A DNA stretch of 63,935 nt, filler included, from Klebsormidium nitens (lineage: Eukaryota; Plantae; Klebsormidiophyceae): assembly GCA_000708835.1 (NCBI GenBank). It is 7 parts of 7 records of this genome, joined end to end, with 100 filler letters (N's around TTAATTAATTAA, not from the genome) between each part and the next. Parts side by side here need not be neighbours in the genome. Positions count along the whole stretch, not along the records: positions 1 to 25,793 come from DF237131.1; 6 more parts are not named here. One strand, written 5' to 3'. The notes under the pieces are model-generated. The model had not been told where the DNA came from and searched no databases. It saw only the letters and a list, made by a program, of their open reading frames with translations. Below are positions 12,501-23,200 of this stretch, piece by piece. Numbering within the stretch: the first letter of the stretch is position 1; each line of letters starts with the position of its first letter. Both the position numbers and the translations under genes were made by a program.

Positions 12501-12952
12501 AGCCGCCCTCGAACGCGCCCTCCCCTGCAGCGAGCAGCGCGCGCGAGGCAGAGCCGGGCGCTAGCGGGAACGAGCAGCTGGACGCGCCGAGCGAGAGAGG
12601 CGCCGGTCTCGCTTCAGCATCCAGCCCATCGCCCCAGAAAACGAACCCGCCCCAGCCGCCCGTCCCGAAAGCGCCCTCCCCTGCAGCGAGCAGCGCGCGC
12701 GAGGAAGCGCCGGGCACTAGCGGGAACGAGCAGCTGGACGCGCCGAGCGAGAGCGCCACCGCCCCTGAACCTCCCTTGATTGCACCCCCTCCAGCAGCGA
12801 GCAAAGAGACAAGTACGCCCAAGTCTTTGCCCCCGAAAAAAAGACCGTTGACTGCAGACGCACAGCGCAGATACATCGAAGACGTAGTACAAGATACAAA
12901 AGACCAGACGCCAGATGAGGACATCAGTGGATACATCTTTTACTGGTTGTGA
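9548..12952 (+). CDS. PRIMPOL: Spliced eukaryotic-type primase-polymerase (PrimPol/CCDC111 family AEP with UL52-like Zn finger)
   Basis: Joined exons read HFYEVIYD|KCNLFVDID (motif I), VKFSRHLVLP (motif II) and LIDQAVYTKNRQFRTFGSTK (motif III), then FCPVKKGEHKKH..YWVVD..LKCHDVADC. Exons 9548-9789, 9944-9998, 10153-10324, 10477-10559, 10756-... The last-exon boundary is less certain. Confidence 0.88.
12480..12760 (+). repeat. Coding tandem duplication in the Pro/Ala-rich tail of PrimPol
   Basis: PPQPP..APSPAASSARE..PG.SGNEQLDAPSE encoded twice, ~156 bp apart. Confidence 0.8.
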
Positions 12953-13084
12953 AAGACAAACGTAGGCAATAAACTCATAGTACACGGACTATATGGAAGC
13001 ATGTGTTTAGTCTCTTCTTAACAACCAATAGTAATCGGATGTCCAAACATGTGTGCTTTGAAGATGCATCTTGCCAAGTCTTTT

Positions 13085-13410
13085 TTTGATGAATTTGAAT
13101 TTGAAGAAAGCTCTCACAGGGGAGAGATGCGCAGCCCCAAATTTTACAAGGCAAAAAATGATGAAATTGAAAATGAAGAAGGTCTTCCCGGGAGGGAGAC
13201 CTGTCTGCTGACGTGGCATGTTGAAAAATGATGAATTTGAATTTGAAGAATCCCTATCTAGGAGAGAGCCGGGGGGTGCTGACGTGGCATACCATTTTGA
13301 AGAATTTGAATTTGAAGAATGTAGTCGAAAGGAAAGGATAGGTTCGATGACGTCATCAAGATTGATGAAAAGTGAATTTGATGAAACATCGTCTCATGCT
13401 TCATTCAAAG
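13085..13410 (+). repeat. ~70-bp tandem array (4-5 units) at the right end of the element
   Basis: GATGAATTTGAATTTGAAGAA or a variant at 13088, 13160, 13230, 13299 and ~13365; CTGACGTGGCA in two units. Confidence 0.85.
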
Positions 13411-13835
13411 TATAAAATGAATGAATTGAATGCTGTCCTGGTCTTCACAACGATACATTCATTCTAAGAATCGGGTTAATAAAAAAGAAGGGTTAATAGG
13501 GAGTAACCGAACCCGGTTTTCAAATTGAAAAATCTAAATGAATGAAGGCTAAAATGAACCTTCAACTTGTAATCCTTCCCCCTTCATTGCCACCTTCTGC
13601 CCCATGTGCTTTGTGTGCACCTCTGCATCCATGTGTGCTGTCTCTAGCTGATTTCCAACACGCACTCATTCGCTGCGGCATTCCTTGCGCGTGGCACCGG
13701 GACATGAGGTGAATACTCCGACGTTGGGTTTGCCGGATCGTGTACATTTCCACATATGAGTGTACATCGCTCAATATTTCTAGTTGATTGGACGAGGATT
13801 CGTGTACACACACACACATCGAACACCACTAACAG

Positions 13836-14214
13836 GTGGCGAAAGCAGAAACCCTCCAACAATTCATTCAGCACTTCACGGGCTCTACTATGAGTGGCGG
13901 CATGGACCAAGAGCAAGCCTTGGAGTCACTATGCTACTGAGCTCTTTGCTCCTCTCAACGACCAACGCTTCAAGACCGGCATGGACGCTCGAAAGTCTGG
14001 TGGCATGGCGTGGAGGGCTTGGTTGGACGAAGAGTATGCACTCATTGACAAATACTTTGAATATCAATTGGAACTTGAAGAGTACAAAAGAGAATCCGAG
14101 CGTGTGAGCCGAGAGCTCGAGCAAGCACGAGTAAGATGGATTGATGTACATCTGGAACGTAGGTTCAAAAGCTCAAAGGCATTCAAGCGACACGTAGATC
14201 GGGATATCGATTAA
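13836..14214 (+). pseudogene. ORF-A, unknown function, frameshifted
   Basis: AETLQQFIQHFTG, then a frameshift, then YATELFAPLNDQRFK..GGMAWRAWL..RWIDVHLERRFKSS. Homologous to 27367-27754. Follows an AG acceptor at 13835. Confidence 0.7.
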
Positions 14215-14267
14215 AGAGTCTTGGTCATTGACTGGCAACTTTTATCAAACGTACTCTAGGCCTTGGA

Positions 14268-14810
14268 ATGGACGCGATTCTTGAATTTCGACCACAATCC
14301 TTGTTTGCTATCCAGCAGATGGACGGACAAGTTTTGGAAAGTGCTCGATCAGCCATTGTAAGATGCTATCGAGAGTTTGGTTTATTGGAGACCGTGCTGG
14401 ACGCGGCTGCCTTGGGTGGTATCCGAGCTCTGGTAGAACCGTTCAATCTTCGTCACATCACCAAATCACTGGTTAGATCGTTGGTTGCGGATGGCTTTAA
14501 TGCATTTTGGGACAAGACGGGCATAGACGGCCCATATGCAATAAAGGTTAGCTGGCGAACGGCCCTTCACAATGCTTCTCAAGCTCGGCACCGAACACGC
14601 AAGTCGCAGAAGCGGCAAGAAAGTAAATTGCACGGGACGGGGAAGACGTCTCCGACAAGTTGCAAGGATTTTGTGGCCGGAACTTCGGGATCCTCCCGTT
14701 ATGCTCCCAGCGTTGTTTGGAGTGATGCCCCAGTTATGGAACTCGAAGCTCTGGCTAACCCCGCAAAGATGCAGAAAAATGTTGGACCGCGAGATACTGC
14801 GGCAACTTGA
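14268..14810 (+). CDS. ORF-B, unknown function
   Basis: MDAIL..MD..VLES.R.AIVR.Y..PF.LRHI..SW..AL..AS.AR shared with 27796-28296. Confidence 0.8.
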   Translation: MDAILEFRPQSLFAIQQMDGQVLESARSAIVRCYREFGLLETVLDAAALGGIRALVEPFNLRHITKSLVRSLVADGFNAFWDKTGIDGPYAIKVSWRTALHNASQARHRTRKSQKRQESKLHGTGKTSPTSCKDFVAGTSGSSRYAPSVVWSDAPVMELEALANPAKMQKNVGPRDTAAT

Positions 14811-15091
14811 TACCGAAACTACCTCAAAAGTACCCGTTGACGAAAAATGGACGGCCATATTCACAGTATCTGGCTCAGTGTATTTTGCGCGCAAAATGGA
14901 GTAGCCATCTTGCTTTTCTGGCGGGTTCTACAGGCTCTCATAACCGTTTTCACCGTGAAAAGCTGCTACCCATCTTGAATTCGCGCGATCAATTTTGAAC
15001 GTGGTCCTTCATGGTATCTGGGATTGAGGACGTTCGGATGGTCAAAAAAATCTTAGCAGTATCCAGATAACGTGAAACATGCAAGGGCCTG

Positions 15092-16117
15092 TTGAAAGCA
15101 CGAGACCAAGGGGAAGGGCTACTGCGCTTGGTATTCGATGATGGCACTCGAAAGGATTTGACGATTCAACAATATATCAATCATGTCATGCGCTTGTTTC
15201 AAGGGTTCAAACGGCAACAAGACTTTATCAGCTTCGATTGGATCAAGGATGCCGATGGGATCATCAAGTATTTTCAAGAAGCGTATCCCACAAAGCTATC
15301 AATGCAGGCCACTGGAATTAACCCGCTCCTTGTGATAGCGCGCAAAGCATTCCCCGATGACAAACAGCTCTATGATGCCTATTACAAGCGGTACATGGAG
15401 GTTCGAAAGCTTATGGAAGATGCGAAACCTCCTCCTCAGCAGTTGACAGAGCGGGAAGCGGCCAATTGGAAGACCTTGGGCCAGATCAATGAACGCCGAA
15501 AGGAGCTGCAAAGGCACGTGAATCGCAAGATTCTACACAAGAAACCAAAAGATTTGACCGATGAGGACAAAATTGTGCTTTTTTGCCATCTCATACTGTG
15601 CCTTTATAGCTATCAACCAGCAATCCGAAATGACTACAGCGATTGTCCCGTTGTGCGCTTGAAGGACACCAAAACGGCCGAGGCTCGTGACATCATGTCT
15701 GGTTCCGGGAACTATCTCTTGGAGATTGCACAAGACCAATTTCGACTGGTTTTGAACAATTATAAGTCTGTCAAGCACCACGGACCCACTTCAATAGACA
15801 TGTCAACCCGATGCAACAATGTCATTGCCGAAAGCCTTCAGGTCTTTCCCCGAAAGTTTCTTTTGTCTCAGATTAAGTCGCCTGACAAGCCAATGAGTCG
15901 AAACTATCTGACCAAGTTCTGCAGCACGGGCCTTTTCAAGGACGCGAGTGTAGGTTCATGTCTCCTTCGCAAAATATGTGTAAGCAACCTCTTCAAAGAC
16001 GCTCCGAGCATTGCCGAGCGCGACGACCTTGCGCGGAGCATGTTGCACACGGCAGCTATGGCACAACGAACCTACGAGAAAAAGTTTAACCCGGATGGAA
16101 GCCGCATCCAATTTTGA
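15092..16117 (+). CDS. Tyrosine recombinase of the polinton-like virus/NCLDV type
   Basis: Catalytic set: PAIRNDY (R), YKSVKHHG (K), CLLRKI (R), MLHT (H), TYEK (Y). Start codon uncertain. Confidence 0.85.
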   Translation: MKARDQGEGLLRLVFDDGTRKDLTIQQYINHVMRLFQGFKRQQDFISFDWIKDADGIIKYFQEAYPTKLSMQATGINPLLVIARKAFPDDKQLYDAYYKRYMEVRKLMEDAKPPPQQLTEREAANWKTLGQINERRKELQRHVNRKILHKKPKDLTDEDKIVLFCHLILCLYSYQPAIRNDYSDCPVVRLKDTKTAEARDIMSGSGNYLLEIAQDQFRLVLNNYKSVKHHGPTSIDMSTRCNNVIAESLQVFPRKFLLSQIKSPDKPMSRNYLTKFCSTGLFKDASVGSCLLRKICVSNLFKDAPSIAERDDLARSMLHTAAMAQRTYEKKFNPDGSRIQF

Positions 16118-16141
16118 ACGATCCTGGACCTTCCTGTCCAT

Positions 16142-16543
16142 CTAAGATACTTTGATGCTCGTGAATGCATCCAGAGGAAGGGTGGGTGCTTTGATCTCAC
16201 TCTCCATATCAATAGAGCTAGTCATCTGGGGCACCTTAAATCCGGCATCCAACAGACGTCGTGCTGTAGATTTGTGGAGCTTTTTCGTTCGGCCATTTAT
16301 GAATCTTTGATATGCTTTTCGTAACAGAATCTCGTCATGATGTCTGTAATAGTATGCCCTCACACTTGCGTTGTGCTTTTCTGGGTGAATCTTGGCATAT
16401 TCTCTGTGTTTTTGACACGCTCGACACGGGCACGGGTTGTGCAATTGTGTTGCATCAGAGGCATCAAAGAAGCTTTCATTCATGTGGTGGACCATTGAGT
16501 CCTGATGATGTGTGAGATTATATTTGCGATGCTTCAACCGCAA
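16142..16543 (-). CDS. Small basic protein with C-x-C-x2-C motif
   Basis: CPCRACQKHREY..HPEKHN..V.AYY..ILL.KAY.RF..G.TKKLHK.T, homologous to 29796-30020. Confidence 0.75.
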   Translation of the reverse strand: MRLKHRKYNLTHHQDSMVHHMNESFFDASDATQLHNPCPCRACQKHREYAKIHPEKHNASVRAYYYRHHDEILLRKAYQRFINGRTKKLHKSTARRLLDAGFKVPQMTSSIDMESEIKAPTLPLDAFTSIKVS

Positions 16544-16605
16544 CCCAATTCAGGTGCGTTTCTCTGACGTGCTTTTATTTCCTTGTGTGACACAAGGACC
16601 TTGGC

Positions 16606-19528
16606 ATGTCTGCATCTGTGAGTGGCGCTCAACAAGCTGGCGGCTCTCGGGCCTCGGCCCCAGGATATTTCAAAGCTCTAGGCCCTCATGATGTCGATGA
16701 GCGGCTTGTGCTTGTTACCCAAGATGGCCGACTTCATGTGTCTGCAGAGAATGCTCCGATTCAGCCTCATAACAAGCAAAAATATTGGTTGGTAGATGCG
16801 ATGCGAGCTTTATACAAGCAAGGCATGTACACGGTCCCTCTACGGCTTCAGATGATCAGGGGCAAGAAGGATGCAAGCTTCAGCGGCGGCGCCTACACGC
16901 CCTTGATGGAGTCGTTGGATGGTTGGAAAGAGAATATCAATGCATACATTGCTCGGGCTTCAACAAAAGTGAATGCTTTGGCTGTACTATGCGGCATATC
17001 CGACATCTATGTCGTAGACGTAGACGCAAAGGGAGCTCCGGCCCAAGGGAATAAGCCTGCCAAAGAGGCTGGAACACAGCTCTGGGAGCGCTTGATAGAG
17101 CAGTATGGTGATGTTGAGACGTTGAAGGCTCGGACCGGATCAGGAGCGGGATTGCATGTGTATTTTAGCGCAAGTAAAATAGTTGGTCTGGTGAAGAATG
17201 CCAACTTCTCAGGTGTTGCATATGATAAGAAGACATGGGCCATCGATGGCCGTGGGCAAGACGGGATTGCTTTCATCTCTCCATCCAAGTACTACGATGA
17301 GAAAAGGACGGAGTACGGCTACCATTGGCTTGATGGTGACGAATCAGCACCTCGTGTTGGGATGCCGAGCTGGTTGGTTAGCTTTCTTAACGAGAGCGCA
17401 TTCACAGAAGAGCCACATGCTAAACTCCAATCGTCAAAGGCTTTGCCAACGCCTAGCATTGAAGCAAGCGCGCCCTCAAGCATTGTAGGGGGTCCTTCCG
17501 ACTCCGGATTGCCTGGATTGGACGCCGCGCTCAAGAGAATCAAGAAGCTCCTCCAAGCTAAAGCGCCAGGGGATCGGAGTCGATTCAGGGGAGTTGGGAA
17601 AAGAACCGCAACGGGCTGGCAAATTCTCAAGTTTAGAACGGTCGGCGTTCGTACATGTTTGAACGGTCACCAACACGACGCAAATCAGTTCAGCATCCTG
17701 AGCAACGGGTGCGTTCTCGTCTACCGCTGCTTGAGCCCTGGGTGCATTGATCGAACAAAGCCCCTGTTAGGCATACATTTTTGGCCCGAGTGTCTGCCGC
17801 TGAGGGTGGACGGGGGGCTTTTCAGAGATTACGAACGCTATGTGCTCCCTTTTGAGCCACCCAAAGAAGATGGCGACAAGACGAAGAAACAAAAGGAAGA
17901 TGACCGCACAAAAAAGACGAAATTGGACTTGCTGGATCTCGCAATGCACATCATGAACCACTACTTCGCTGTCATTCGCTCGACAAAGGCAATATACCTT
18001 GAGACAGTTTACTTGCAAAACTCAAACGGCCAGCTTCTGCCGGAGGAGATCATCGTTCGATCTATCTCGATCGATCTCGATCGATCTCGATCGCCGTGAC
18101 TTCCTCGAAGTATGCAAAAATCTCCAGCTTCAGTGTCTGCCGGGAAACTGCAAGGAGGTTGCCAGATTTTGGGAGAGCAGTTCAAAACGCCGGGAATACG
18201 ATCAGCTAGTGTTCGAGCCGGACCCGTCCAAAATGTCCTCACGGCACTTCAACCTGTTCAACGGGTTGAAGTTCCAACCAATTGAACGCAAATTGACGGA
18301 GTCAGAGTTCGTAGAGTGCGGGGAACACATGCCAAAGCTCATGTGGCACCTCCGCAACATCTTGTGCGATGGCTCAAGTGAGCGGTTTGACTACATCATC
18401 CGTTGGATGGCGCATGCCGTTCAAAAACCTTGGAAGAAGATAGGCGTTGCCCTAGTATTTCGAGGCGGGCAAGGGAGCGGAAAGTCGTCGTTGTGGAAAT
18501 TCTTTGGACGCATGATCCTCGGCGTCAAGTATTATCTTTACTGCAACCAGATTGAAACGGTGATTGGCAAATTCAATTCACTAGGAGCCAACAAACTTCT
18601 TATTGTCTTTGACGAGGCGGGCAATTGGGGTGGAGCATTTCGAATGAACGATCGAATGAAGTCGCTAATCACTGAGGACGAGACATGTTTAGAGCACAAA
18701 GGCCGCGATCCAATCACAATGCAGGACAAGAGCAACATTGTGTTCACTACAAACAACTATTGGCCTGTGAAACGGGATTCGGATGATCGCCGATATGCTT
18801 GCCAGCAGTGCTCGAATGCCAAGATGGGAGACAAGCCATACTTTGATGCACTCTTGGCAGAATTGGAGAAACCTGAGACTCCTTATCACCTCCATCGATA
18901 TTTGTCATCCATTGACATTTCCCACTGGGATCCCCAAAAAGTGCCGGTCACGGCTTGGGGAGAGGGTTTGAAGGAGCACTCAATCCCACCTCATGTCAAT
19001 ATGATGCAAGCGCTTCTTGAGAACGGCTGCTTCCATCCTTCTTTGGAGACGTGGGTTGCATCAACCGACATCAAGCGGACATTTGACACCTTCTTGCTTC
19101 AATTGGATATCAAGGAGGATCGACATACCGATGTCAACATCTTGATGCGCTCTCTCAACTCCATTTTCGATATGAGGCCACGGGCTCGCTCAATCCAGGG
19201 GGTGCGGACCCATAAGGGATGGTGGTTCCCCCCACAGGGCGCTATTTGCGAGGCCCTCCACAAAGGCAAGCTTCTGAGCACGACCGTGGAATGGGTGGAC
19301 ACCTGGCAACGGCACGAATACACTGAAGATGAAGAGGGGCCGTGGATGACCAATCCAGAAGCTTTCAAAAAGCTGATTGCCAGTGATCCAAAAGAGTTGC
19401 GGCAATCTGCTGCAGCACAAAAGTGCTCGTTCTGCTTAAACATTCATCAGTGGGAGGTGAGGAGAGACGCAAATGGGAATGTTGTGACTCGAGAAAGAAC
19501 AAGAGATGATTCTTCTGAAGGCAATTGA
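16606..19528 (+). pseudogene. Prim-Pol domain + Zn-binding domain + SF3 helicase (DUF5906-like), frameshifted by a 10-bp duplication
   Basis: LAVLCG..YVVDVD, RTGSGAGLHVYF, IDGRG; RTCLNGHQH..YRCLSPGC; WMAHAVQKPWKKIGVALVFRGGQGSGKS, LIVFDE, VFTTNN, DDRRY. Deleting one TCGATCTCGA unit at ~18071-18090 fuses the two ORFs into ~970 aa. Confidence 0.85.
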
Positions 19529-19539
19529 GTACGAATCAG

Positions 19540-20290
19540 CTTATTACTCTCTTATTACCCTTGCCGCATTATACACACACATGAAAGTGCCCATGAAAGA
19601 AGCCCCAACCGCATATGTCTATTACTCTATTACCCTATTACCCACCGGATTTGAATATACAGAATCTTCTGAGCGCCTTTATCACAACATGACAGATGAA
19701 AGTTAAGGCGATGGGTAATGAGTAATAGAGTAATACGAATGATCATGAACAACTCCGCATCACGATTGTACTCTTGTTCTAACGGNNNNNNNNNNNNNNN
19801 NNNNNNNNNNNNNNNNNNNNNNNNNNNNNNNNNNNNNNNNNNNNNNNNNNNNNNNNNNNNNNTATTACTCTATTACCCTATTACCCACTCAATTTGGATA
19901 TGTAGATCGAGTCTTCTCATTACCTATATCACCACATGACAAATAGAACTTGAGGCGATGGGTGATGAGTAACAGAGTAATACCAATAATCATTATTCTA
20001 ACAGTCATGTGTGAGTGTGTAGGATGGAAAAGAGCATCGAAGATGCAATGAAGGAAAGTCCTTGAAATGGTTCAAGAATGCTGAATGGCTTGTTACTCTT
20101 TTATTACCCTTACACAACATACACACACATGACAGTATCCATGAAAGAAGCCTTAACCACACATGATGTCTATTACTCTATTACCCTATTACCCACTCAT
20201 TTTGGATATACAGAGTCTTCTCAACACCCCCGTCACCACATGAAAGAATAGAACTTGAGGCGGTGGGTAATGAGTACTAGGGTAATGAGG
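19540..20290. repeat. Array of iteron-like units, each with an internal inverted repeat
   Basis: TATTACTCTATTACCCTATTACCCAC paired with TGGGTAATGAGTAA(T/C)AGAGTAAT or a close variant at ~19619-19740, 19862-19985 and 20170-20290; interrupted by an N gap. Confidence 0.85.
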
Positions 20291-20294
20291 CTAA

Positions 20295-23200
20295 TCAGCA
20301 GCCCCGTATCCTCTTTATCAGGTCTCTCAACGGACTGTTAGCCTCTCTCCAAAAGACCGCGTACTTTGATCGCTCGAACAATGTATCCAGGATCGTTGTG
20401 ACACGGCTCATCAACCTCTTGATGCTCGTGATCTGCTGGAGACTAGCTGCGCATCTCTTCAACCCCGAATTGATGCCCTCCGAGGCTGTCGTGATTGTCC
20501 GCTCATGTTGCGGGAAAGAGTCGATGAAGAGTGTCGGAGCACACATGTGCGTAGCGTAGCGCTTTGCCCCCAATGGCGCGCAGCTGATGGGCCCCGAATG
20601 GAAGCGGTCAACGACAAACAGGATGAACTTCGCCAATTGCGGTACCCGGTTCAACATCCACTCTTGCGCGTTGCACGAAGCGTCCTCCACGACGGTCATG
20701 CCTCGCAGCGTCTTGAAGGGAAACCGTGTCAGAAGAATCGTCCCGAGGTCCGAGACCGACTCGCCGCCCTTGAGCCAGTGGTACCCAAGGGGGGCCCGGT
20801 CTTGGCAGCACGCAATGAAGATTCCGGCTCGCCCCTTGGACGATCGTGGATTGGGGGCGCTGCAGTGTTGAGTTAGACGCTCCTCTGACCCCTTCTTCCC
20901 CCGGCCAGCCTCGTCCTCCCAGTCCACGAATCGCGGTCGTCCGTACAGCAAAGGATGGAACGCGTACGCCGAAACGGCGGCGGCCTGCTCCGCGTAGAGT
21001 GTTGACGGCGCTCGAAGAAACCCGCCATCCTCGTAGCACGGGGGCTCGCGGACCTCGAGCTTGAAAAGGACCAAGTTGGCGGCTCTCTTAAGAATTGCCC
21101 CCCTCTGTTCCGCACACTCCATCGCGGCCGCCTCTAGCTGACCCATGAGCCTCAGCCTCTCCCCTTCGATCGTCCATAGGTGTTCGGTGGCGTCATGGAG
21201 GGCCGCCAGAGGCGACCGCGAATTGTGCGAGCTGGGCCGGTTTGCGCTGGGCTCGAAGCACAGGAGGTTCATGGCGTAGATATCCTGCACGAGTGGCCGC
21301 AACGTCTTGGGGAATGCGTGTAACCCTTCTGCCGTGGGATGGAGGTGCAGAACGGCCGCCAGCATGGGGCCGTCGTTGGAGAGGTACGCCATGCCTCGCG
21401 CGTCAAGGGGCCCCTCTAGTAGCAAGTGGCGCAGCAACTTTAAGGTGACGACGCGTCCGAACACCCAGGAGTACCTCGGAATAAGCAGGGCGTGGAGAAG
21501 GGCCCCGTACGCTTGGAAATGGGTTGGGCACCAGCCGGTTGGCCCCACCGGCCCCTCCTTCAGGAACCCTTGCATCCAAGGCCGCCTCGGGACCGCCTGG
21601 CAAACGTCACACGTGGCGGGGTTGGCGCACGCTCCCGCCTCCGTCACGAAGTCGATCAGGGCAACGACGTTTGCCGGCAGCCCTTCTCGCATCATGACGA
21701 ACTCCTCCGACTTTAAAGGCGCGTTGCTCCCTTGGGCTGGAGCTTTTCGAAAGTTGCACCACCTTTGCGCGAGTGCTCGCACGGCCGGCCGCAACTCAGA
21801 AAGTCCGTTTCGGTACTTCCAAGGGCAGTCGATCCCCTCTGGCAACATGTCCGAAGGCGCTCGGTTCCCATCCTGTGAGGGCCGCACCCCGCCCACGCTC
21901 AAAGGAGTGAAGCCGCCAGCAACCCTGGGCGCCTCCGGATCCGGCTCGCATATGCTATGCAGCGACGCTTCCGTGGTCGAATCTCGCATGGCGCTCGAGT
22001 TGGCAAAGAAGGTGCCATCAAAGGTGATGACCTTGTCTCGCCCAAATGCAAATGTTGCCAACTCCGAGGTCAACCCCTCCGTTCGCTCCGCCTTCAGAGG
22101 GACGCCAGTCGCACGCGCCTCCGCCTCGGCTGCTTCAACCTCGCTCGTGTAGAGGTGCGCGCAATCGGATCGTGAACACACGTGCTGGATCTCTACGCGT
22201 GCTGCCAGGTCGTTGAAGGCCTGCATGGCGGAGTCGAACACCCGATCGTCTAGCCTCGAAACTCCGGGTCCCTCCAGGCACCTCGCGGCCATATCGCCGG
22301 CCTCAAAGTTGAGACTGTGGGCCGCCCCTAGGGCCGCCGCAAAGTGGTTGCGCAGCAGAAGGCCGTGGGAGAGAAGCGTCGTGCCGGAGAAGTTAAAGAT
22401 GCCGTCCTCCTGCAATCAAACAGCAGTCAAGAGGGTCAATCATCATTGCGTTTGAAATGGTCTTCTCCATTTAATGGCTATTGCAAATGTCGAATATTGG
22501 CATGAACTCAAATGTACAATTTGGGTCGGTGCTCAGCATCATTGCTGAAAATGGAATGCTCGATCTTGAAGACCTCTCAAACGCCGCATGTACGTGCAAG
22601 GACGCGCATGCTTACATTGGAACATCAATGCACCACTATCCACAATCAACAAAGATGCCTTTGCCAGGTCCGCATCCTTGCACAAAAGTGTATTCCATGC
22701 AAAAATGTATGTTATGTAAGCAGACCGATCTATGCTTTCGATGGCCTTTCCCTCCTCATTCTAATGCCGCGGTTTGCGATGATTGTATTGGAAGGCGATA
22801 CACTGTTCTTGGTTGTTTGACCACTATGGATGCTCGGCGCAAGTATCGGTTACGTGATCTCTCCAGCCTGCCATGGGTGTCAGATCCTAGACCGCCATAT
22901 CAAGCACGATACTATCTCAAAACGAACGTCGTTGTAAGAGCGCTCCAAGAGCATAACGGGCCACAAGGTTTAAAAAAGGTGCTTGAAGCTAGAAACAGAA
23001 GACGAATGGTCCTATCGGCTAATAGAGCTGATCGCGGGTGTACATGATTGTGGATGTTGACACTCACCTGGCCGTCGTAGACTACTGAGCAGCAAGCCGC
23101 CTCTCGCCCAGGAGTGATGCGGCAGACTCTCCGATAGGTGGTCACCTCGTAGCGCGCCCCCGCCATTGTCAGCGCCCCCCTTTTGCTCTCCACCTGCCAT

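Larger units (their letters stand above)
1..13410. mobile_element. Putative KDZ-family DNA transposon carrying transposase, DUF3987 ATPase and PrimPol; left end probably extends beyond the window
   Basis: Three spliced genes lie between a repeat unit at 1-66 and its inverted counterparts arrayed at 13085-13410. Exact termini and TSD not seen. Confidence 0.65.
13600..19528 (+). mobile_element. Virus-like integrative element, copy 1 (ORF-A, ORF-B, tyrosine recombinase, antisense small ORF, primase-helicase)
   Basis: Gene-by-gene homology and identical order and orientation with 26581-32061. Boundaries approximate. Confidence 0.8.

Noticed and set aside
13207-13290. CTGACGTGGCA as a G-box/ABRE regulatory site
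   Set aside because: Simply part of the terminal repeat unit; no evidence of promoter function.
13085-13410. Arrays as possible CRISPR repeats (also 19.5 and 25-26 kb)
   Set aside because: Units are degenerate along their whole length, with no constant repeat and unique spacer pattern, no cas genes, and a eukaryotic context.
13600-19528. Crypton or DIRS classification of the YR elements
   Set aside because: No RT/RNase H; the YR motifs and linked primase-helicase are virus-like.
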